In this document: piece by piece, positions 56,496 to 64,000 of the stretch
How positions within the stretch are numbered: position 1 is the stretch's first letter
How the letters are laid out: every line of letters begins with the position of its first letter
The notes under the pieces: model-generated
Told to the model about the DNA's origin: nothing
The model's input: the letters and a program-made list of their open reading frames with translations, nothing else
The model's database searches: none
Assembly: GCF_009914755.1 (NCBI RefSeq)
Contig: NC_060926.1
Length of the DNA: 64,000 nt
From: the human T2T-CHM13v2.0 reference genome, Homo sapiens
Direction: 5' to 3' (one strand)
Program-made: the position numbers and the translations under genes

Positions 56496-59400
56496 GAGGG
56501 TAATTCTCATGGTTGTTTGTTCAGAGGAATATTAGCACGCTTTACCTGTTTATCCACAAATGAACACGGGCGTTACATGTCCTATGATTACTACATATGA
56601 AAATACATCTACCTCCTTATTTCCAGTTTAAACTTGGCAAGTTGACATTACATATGAAGTTCTAACTTTTTAGACTTACACAATTTTTTTAGAGATTGTC
56701 AAGTTATTGACACATTCACATGATCTATAATGTTAATATCTCCATATTTTTCTTCCAAAAGTCAATGCATTTTTTATGTATTTTTGATAAACATTGTTTA
56801 TATTTGGTGACCTTATTGAAAAAATTGAGAACTGAAAGGTTTTCCTTAAAAATATGTTCTAGCATGTGTTTCTACATATAATGTAATTCTGAGATCATGC
56901 AAATGTGGAATGCAGAATGATAGCTAAACATTGTATTTCTTTATACTCTGTGTTTTAGAGGAATAGTTTGAAACTTCTTCGTCATTACAAACATAACAGA
57001 GGATGTATCACACACTCCTATGGGATGCCCCTAAGGTTATATAAGGGTTCCTGAGTTCTACCTTTGTTCTCTTTTACTTGAGAAAGCATATTGTAAAGCA
57101 AGTGAATGACAGTGACATTATTGTAGTGGTTATCTTGGAACTCATTTATAGGATTCTAAAATTAAATCACTCACAAATTTCAGACTTTACCTACCATTAA
57201 TAACAAATTACTTGTGGTGCATCTCACCAGTAAACTGGGTGAAGGAGAATTATAATACAGGAGTATAAAAACAACTCTTTTAAAAAGCGACAATTCAACT
57301 ATCTTGAACTATCACTGTGTTCTAGCCTGAATGAATATAACAACACTCATACTGAACACCAAATCGTAAATTATTGCACATATTTATATATTGATTTTAA
57401 AACATGCCTTTATATAAAAATATTTCTCTTTTGATTATGTTCATACACCCAAATATTCAGGCATATTCCCAATAACACTGCTTGTAAATTCCTTAATTCC
57501 CAATACTAGAGAGCTGAGGGCATAGAATTCTTGTTAACAATAGACATTTCTCAAATAGTTGAAAGACTGGAGAAAGTAATATCCTCTGGGCTCACATGAA
57601 GGCAATAGTGTGCGGTTAGTTCTGTTATTGACTCTGTATTCATGGAGGAGTTAGTGAGAGTTTATGGAGTCTGGTGGGCTTGGCCAGTTTCCTCTCCAGC
57701 CTGTTACTATCCCATTTCTTTGTTATTCCCTGATGGTCAGTGCCCTTCAGAAAAACTGAGCATTTGCCCCCTACACACAATCTCTTCTGCAGCATCCTTG
57801 AGCATTTGCATTGGCATTAGGCCAAATTTATCTTGAGATGTCCCTGGTCTGAATCTCTTTACCATATTTTCACCATGTCTCTTTCTGCAGGCAACAGCTG
57901 TCAAGGGGCCCATCCTTTCTTTATCTTGCCTCATGGGAAAAGGAAAGCAGCAGGTTTAGTAAATGGACAATCCTGGACTCATAGGCTGGCTCTGCTTTTA
58001 CCTTTCTGACCGTCAATTTGATAATCAAAGAAAAAAGATATCTGTAAGTTCTTTGGGGTGATATATATAAAACATAGACAATGTCTGGTATATAGCACAC
58101 AGTCAAATGAACAAGATAAAAATATTCACACTAAGGCATAGCTTTCGAATTTGTAAAATATATAAAAGGATAATGCTTAACCCAAGGGGCTGGCATCTTA
58201 GATATTAGGGGGAAAAAGTCAATGTTTGATGATGCCTGCATCAAGTCATACATTCATAAACAAAAGGTATTAGTAAACAAATACCTGCAGTGTCTTCACC
58301 ACCCATATAATCTTCCCAGGGTGGTAAGTTCAGCAAGTTTGCCCCAATGGTTGATATCTCATGGAATCATAGAAGAAAATCCAGGCCAATTTTGAGCCTC
58401 AGGAACTTGGTAGATGTTGAGGGAAGTGGCACAGAACATCTGTGGAAAGGACTGTGGTCCCATTGTTTTTTTTTTGTTGTTCCCCAGAGAGTGTCGTAGT
58501 CTTTGCTGCAATGACAAGAATAAGAAATACCTGGAGAGTGTTTATTCCAATGAAAGACTAATTTTCAAGGTCTACCTCTCCATGGCTATGTTATTATCAA
58601 GTCAAGGAACATAGTGTGGCCTCTGAATGAATTGTAGTTGATTCAGTTATGAATTATTTAAACCTCAAGTCTTGGGTTGGAGAAGTGGAGGGGAGAGGGT
58701 AGCTTTCAGGATTTAAAATCAGTGTTTCATTGGAGTGTTACCTTGCTTCTTGCCAGACATCAATGCCTGCTGACTTAAGAGTGACACTTTTATCTTTAAG
58801 TGTAGAACTGGATTTGATGTAAAGATTAACTGTATTCCATTCAGCCTGGAATGTTCTAAAGCCTCAATAAGCTGGAGAATCCTCTTGACTTGGTTCTGGC
58901 TGAGCAGCTCAATTTGTACCTCTACTGTCACCTGGTCCTCTTGTTCTTCCATTGGAAGAAACTGTGGGCTTCCTGAATATTACACTACATGATATGAGCA
59001 TGTTGTCCATGTCTCACCACCTTCCCTGCAAAGCAGTGTTATAAAATCAGCAGCTCATGCAGGCCATTTCAGGGATTGTTGCTGCCCTCAGCAAAGATTG
59101 GTTTTCTTTTACAGTCTCACATAAAGTGAAAACCAGATAAGCCATCCCAGGAAGGGTCCACACAGGAATAGATGGAGGATTTGGGTAGTTAGAAAGCAAC
59201 TGACTCATATCTCTGTGCTACTGTGTCCCTACGTGCTAGGGAAAGGGCACACAGGAGACTCTTTAGCAGTGCTTAAAGAGAGCATGGGAGATGCCTAGCA
59301 CATGCCAACATGAATGGATAATGGTAAGCTGGGTAAACCCCATGGCCTCTCCACCTACCTGGGATTCTGCTCTGACAGGTACATGAGGACTCCTTTTGGA

Positions 59401-61489
59401 AGTGGTTCATGCCTGGTTAGTCTCTCCAATTATCTTCAAATGCTAGGGATTTCCTAATACATCCCATGGACTGGCTCTTCATGAATATGAAACCATTCTA
59501 GAGAAAACAAACCTCATAATTTAAAAACACATCATTCAGGGCTGGGTTTTACTTTATCTGAAATATGGCTCCTTCACACTCAAGATGTAGCCTCTAGTGG
59601 CTAATTGACCAAATATGTCCACTACATCCAACCCTTCATAATTGCATTTATTGATTCATTCAGCTAGTGAATGTTTTCTAAGTGACTATTGACACTCAGG
59701 CTTGTATTGGTTACTGTGGAGGATACTCAGGAAAATATGACAATGTTGTTCATCTCTCTGACTTTCATAACATAAACGCCTTGAAGTCAGAGGCCTTTTT
59801 CTACCTTTTTTCCTAATTAATTTTTTGTATCTGTCATGTATGTAAATGATTTTAGAAGGATGAGGGAATGAGCAAATGTAAGTAAATTATTTTAGTAAGC
59901 ATGAGAGAATGGGTAAATGGAAGAATGATCCTGATCTCTAAAAGAATAGAAAATGTATCTTTCTCTTTTAAGCAGAAAGATAATTATTCAGTGGCCCTTG
60001 AGGAATAGAATGAACAATTTCTCCAAAGGCCTTCATATTCTGAAGAGTAAAATGATTTGTTAATAAATATGAATATCTTCTCAGAATAGTTATCCAATAA
60101 AGAGGTTTCAGGATACAAATGAAGTTCTTAGTCTTGTGTATCTGGCATTATCTATATAATTTCAATAGTCATATTCAGAAGTAGGAAACATTCAGAAGGC
60201 CATACATAAATGAATCTTGAATTCTACAAAATTATTGTAATATACAAAGATGGACTTTTTTTTTATTCAACTGAGTATGTAACATTATTAAGCCACATAT
60301 TATATTAATAAATGCAGATAAGTTTGGATTGCTGAACATTCTGTACCCAGAGATCTCCGGAAGTATCCAGTTCCCACAACATTCCATAGGGATTTATGAG
60401 CACTTAGAAAACTATACAAAATGCACACTTTTTTAAAAATAAACTTTCATCAGTAATATAATGAAATGATTGATGATATTGTTACTTTCAACTAAACAGT
60501 GTTTGACAGCTGTAGAGTGAACCAAACATTTATTGAATACACTATATAATAGGCCTCTGTCTTTGGTGATACAATAATCAATAAAATCCCAAAGGTACTT
60601 ATATTTCAGCTAGTAAGAGAAGACCCAGGCACTTGCCACATTATTTCACACCAAAATATTTTTAAAGACAATATCATACCATAATAGTAGTTACGGCAAT
60701 TACCTTCTTAAAGCATGATTTAAAAAATGATTTTGGGGGACAGCCATGTACTGTAATCACCTTTGTCTACCTTCACCTTGAATTTTACAACTGATCTGCT
60801 AATGGCTGATGGGGTTGGCTCCTAATGAACAGGAATTTGGTCCCTTTGGTGCTTCCCGTAATAGGCTTACACTCTCTGCTTTGTTCCTCTTTGCTTCTTG
60901 TTCTTCCTTCTATCCTCATATGTCCTCCTTTTTGGCTCCATGGTACCCTCTTTAACATGTAGGTAGGTTCAGGGTACTTTTCTTTTTTACTATTGATACT
61001 CCTTCTCAGCCATGGTCCACCAACTGACCCAAGGACTGTATGCCAATAAGCCTTATAGCTGAAGCACTACCTAGCTTCTTTCCAAGTCCTGCCTTTGGGG
61101 TATATGCAGGGATATTTAATTTTATGATGCTGAAAACCTCATCTTAGTTTTACATGAATATCTTATTTCTACTATAATTTGAATGTGTGTTTTTTTTTTC
61201 TGATAGTAGAATCACATGACTCCTAAGTAAGAAAACATGAAACTAGATTTCTCAGATTCAGGAGTTCCATTCTGCACTTGCTCGAAACAACCAAATGTTT
61301 TACTGGCATCTGGGAGTGAAGCCAATGAACACATGTGGTCAGTTTCTTTATGAGTAGGATGAGGGGATTTGGGTTAGATGATTTCTCAGATTCTTTCTAG
61401 CTTTAATTTTCAGAGACTCTTTAACTCTGATTCCTAGGGAAGAGGGAACTACATTGATTTGAATTTCAAGATGAAGACGTTCTTTTCAG

Positions 61490-61665
61490 CCATGCAGCTT
61501 TAGAATTAGATGGAACTTATAAATTATCATGCTTATCCTCTTATTTTATAGACATGGAAAAGGAGGTCTAAAAGGAAATGACCTGCTCAAAGTCATACAT
61601 CAACTGAGTCCAGAGCTGAATCTGGACTTGGGCTTCTTGTCTTTATTCTACTGGCTTTCCATCGT
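61490..61665 (-). mobile_element. MIR/MIR3 remnant
   Basis: ctcttattttatagacatggaaaaggaggtct...gacctgctcaaagtcatac. Confidence 0.6.
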
Positions 61666-63824
61666 CCCAGGGAAGACAGCCTAGAGGAGTGCCCCTAGAA
61701 GTAAGTGCTAATAATTTCCCACAAAAATCTGGCACATTCACACATACTAAATGTGGGGTTTTGATTTAAATGTTCGGCTGTTGTAAAAGCTATCAAGTTC
61801 AGCCAACTTGATCTCCTGCTTGTTGGTGGACTATCCAGTGAATTACTCAGGCCTGAACCTGAGCCTGAGGTGCTCATTTTTTGTTCTCACTTTCCAGCCA
61901 CCATGTAGCCCTTGCTGGAAAAATACTCTTAAACCACCACAAAGATGTACTTAATTTAACTTTCCAAATCTGCTTTTTCTATATGTACCTTCTAACTGTA
62001 GCATCATATTCAGTATCTCAAACCTAGGAAACATTTTATTTCATTAAACATTTTGGAATTAAGGAATGCCTTCAAAAAGCATTTAAAGAAATCTTGGAAA
62101 AGACCTAACACTCTCTAGGTAATACGGATGGATTTAATCAAAGAATGCCTAATGTATGTTGAACGGACTCTTTCAAACTTGCTTTATCAGTTTCTCCCAA
62201 ATTTTCAAGTGATCATGATTTGCTTCCATTTCTTCTGAAAATTTGAAGTGATAACACATTTCTTGATGAGATCATTCTGAAGAATTATGGAGAAAAGGGA
62301 ACTTTGAAAGTTTCAAGACATGTTCATTTTTACTTGGAATCATAAAAGCTGTAGCCACAATTCTCTTTGCAGTTACATTTCTTCCTCTCTAGCTACCATT
62401 TCTAGATTTAAAACCCTGGAAAAAGTACAGTTTCACCAGCCATCACTAGTACCCAGTGTCAGCAGCTCATATAAAACCTGGGAAAATATAGTTAGGATTA
62501 AAGAAATCTGTAAAACTGTGAAACAAGGCCATAGCATGTAAAATACAATTCCTTTTACTCGGTACATAATTTATTAGGAAAGCTCTTTATTTGTAGGAAA
62601 TCTGCTTGACACCTTATCCTTGACAACTGCTTACTTCATTTTAGCAGAACAAAAACGGATAAAATGTTTTCCAGTATGGGAATCCATTAATTTCTCAATA
62701 AGTATCTTATGTCTATGCTTTAGACACATTCTCCAATTCTTTTCCTACAACCAGTCTCAGCTAGAATTAACAGGGGTTTATACTCACTCCTACCCCATCT
62801 CCACCTCCCTGCTCCCCAAGAACCACTGTGCTCACTACTGAACTCACTGCTGCTAGTCATGAGGATTTGGCTTTTGGACTCCCATTCCCGTTTAGTTTCT
62901 CTTCTCTCCTAGTTCTGTGAGCCATGTCTAACTTTGTTGTAAGAGGGTTTTGGTCTTTTTTCATGGTGATTTTCTCAGGGAAGCATCAATTACGCACAAT
63001 TTTTGGCAGTTTTGCAAATAGAAGGAGCCCTTCATTTTCAGAACCCTTTTGTCAAAAACAGTAGAGAAGAGTCAATGTCAACAGCACTTTTGCTTGGAGA
63101 GAGCCCCTTGTTCTCCTAGGCATACACTATTCTTGCATTTCTGAGCTGTCCAACACCCTAAGATTACAGAATCTTCACAAACGCCTTTGGCTACATGTTG
63201 GGAGGGGCTTTGCAAGCATCACAACTTGGGTGTGAAGATCAACTTAGTTCTTCTAAGGGTGCTGTTTTTTTTCTAGTGTTCATTACTGCCTTTAGTTTCA
63301 AAAAGAGAATGTCCTGATTTGCCCTCTCAAAGAGCAGCTCTGAGATATTATATCATACTGTCACCTATAGAGTTTCCTTCTATTCTGGGTAAAGGGTAGG
63401 AAAATTCTCACTCATTCATTTCAGAGATAAACCTATCAGTGTGGGGTGAGGCAGGAGAAAGAGTAGGGAACAAAATATTATGTGGCCATTGATCAGTAAA
63501 GGAGAAGGTGAGAAGAAATAGAGGAAAGGGCTCACTCAAGCCTATAGGCAAATCTGGCTTTTGTTCAGATGGAAAGACCTGCCAGAAAAGATGAATAGTA
63601 CTCACTCATCCCCACTTTTAGCTTTGAATACCTTTCCTTCTTGCTCTATCACAAATACAGATTTACTTGGATTCTAACAAAGGATTTTCATGATTGATCT
63701 GCTCTCAGTATTTAGGACAACTAATGAAAATACAAATCCTATAAAGAGAAGTTCTAGGCCAGCTGGCACCATCATGGTGCCCTTGGTGTTTCAATTCTAT
63801 CCATACTCACCACTCCATTTGTAG

Positions 63825-64000
<176 letters not shown>

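Noticed and set aside
56495-57500. AT-rich stretch that may be an ancient DNA transposon or conserved element
   Set aside because: I could not identify TIRs or a family by eye; a Dfam search is needed.

Overview
AT-rich, CpG-depleted primate genomic DNA, most likely human or another catarrhine (AluY, AluS, AluJ, THE1, MLT1, MER4, Tigger2, L1, L2 and MIR are all present). It reads as intergenic or deep intronic sequence. I recognise no protein-coding gene, tRNA, rRNA or CRISPR array. Most ORF-track entries are Alu-derived, L1-derived, low-complexity or chance ORFs. Repeat subfamily names are by-eye matches to consensus sequences, not RepeatMasker output. The most notable structures seen directly in the sequence are: (1) a 300-bp inverted duplication, 298/300 identical, at 10442-10741 and 12151-12450 around a 1.4-kb spacer, which is a candidate inversion substrate; (2) a 1.9-kb block-structured AT-rich minisatellite; (3) a ~60-bp module at 39.3 kb re-copied at 40.9 kb with scrambled inverted pieces; (4) a 65-bp fold-back at 45.66-45.88 kb, just after a perfect splice donor and downstream of a THE1 LTR; (5) a candidate compact two-exon minus-strand transcript at 38.1-39.0 kb. 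I found no convincing new biological system. The common theme is repeated local template-switch copying.
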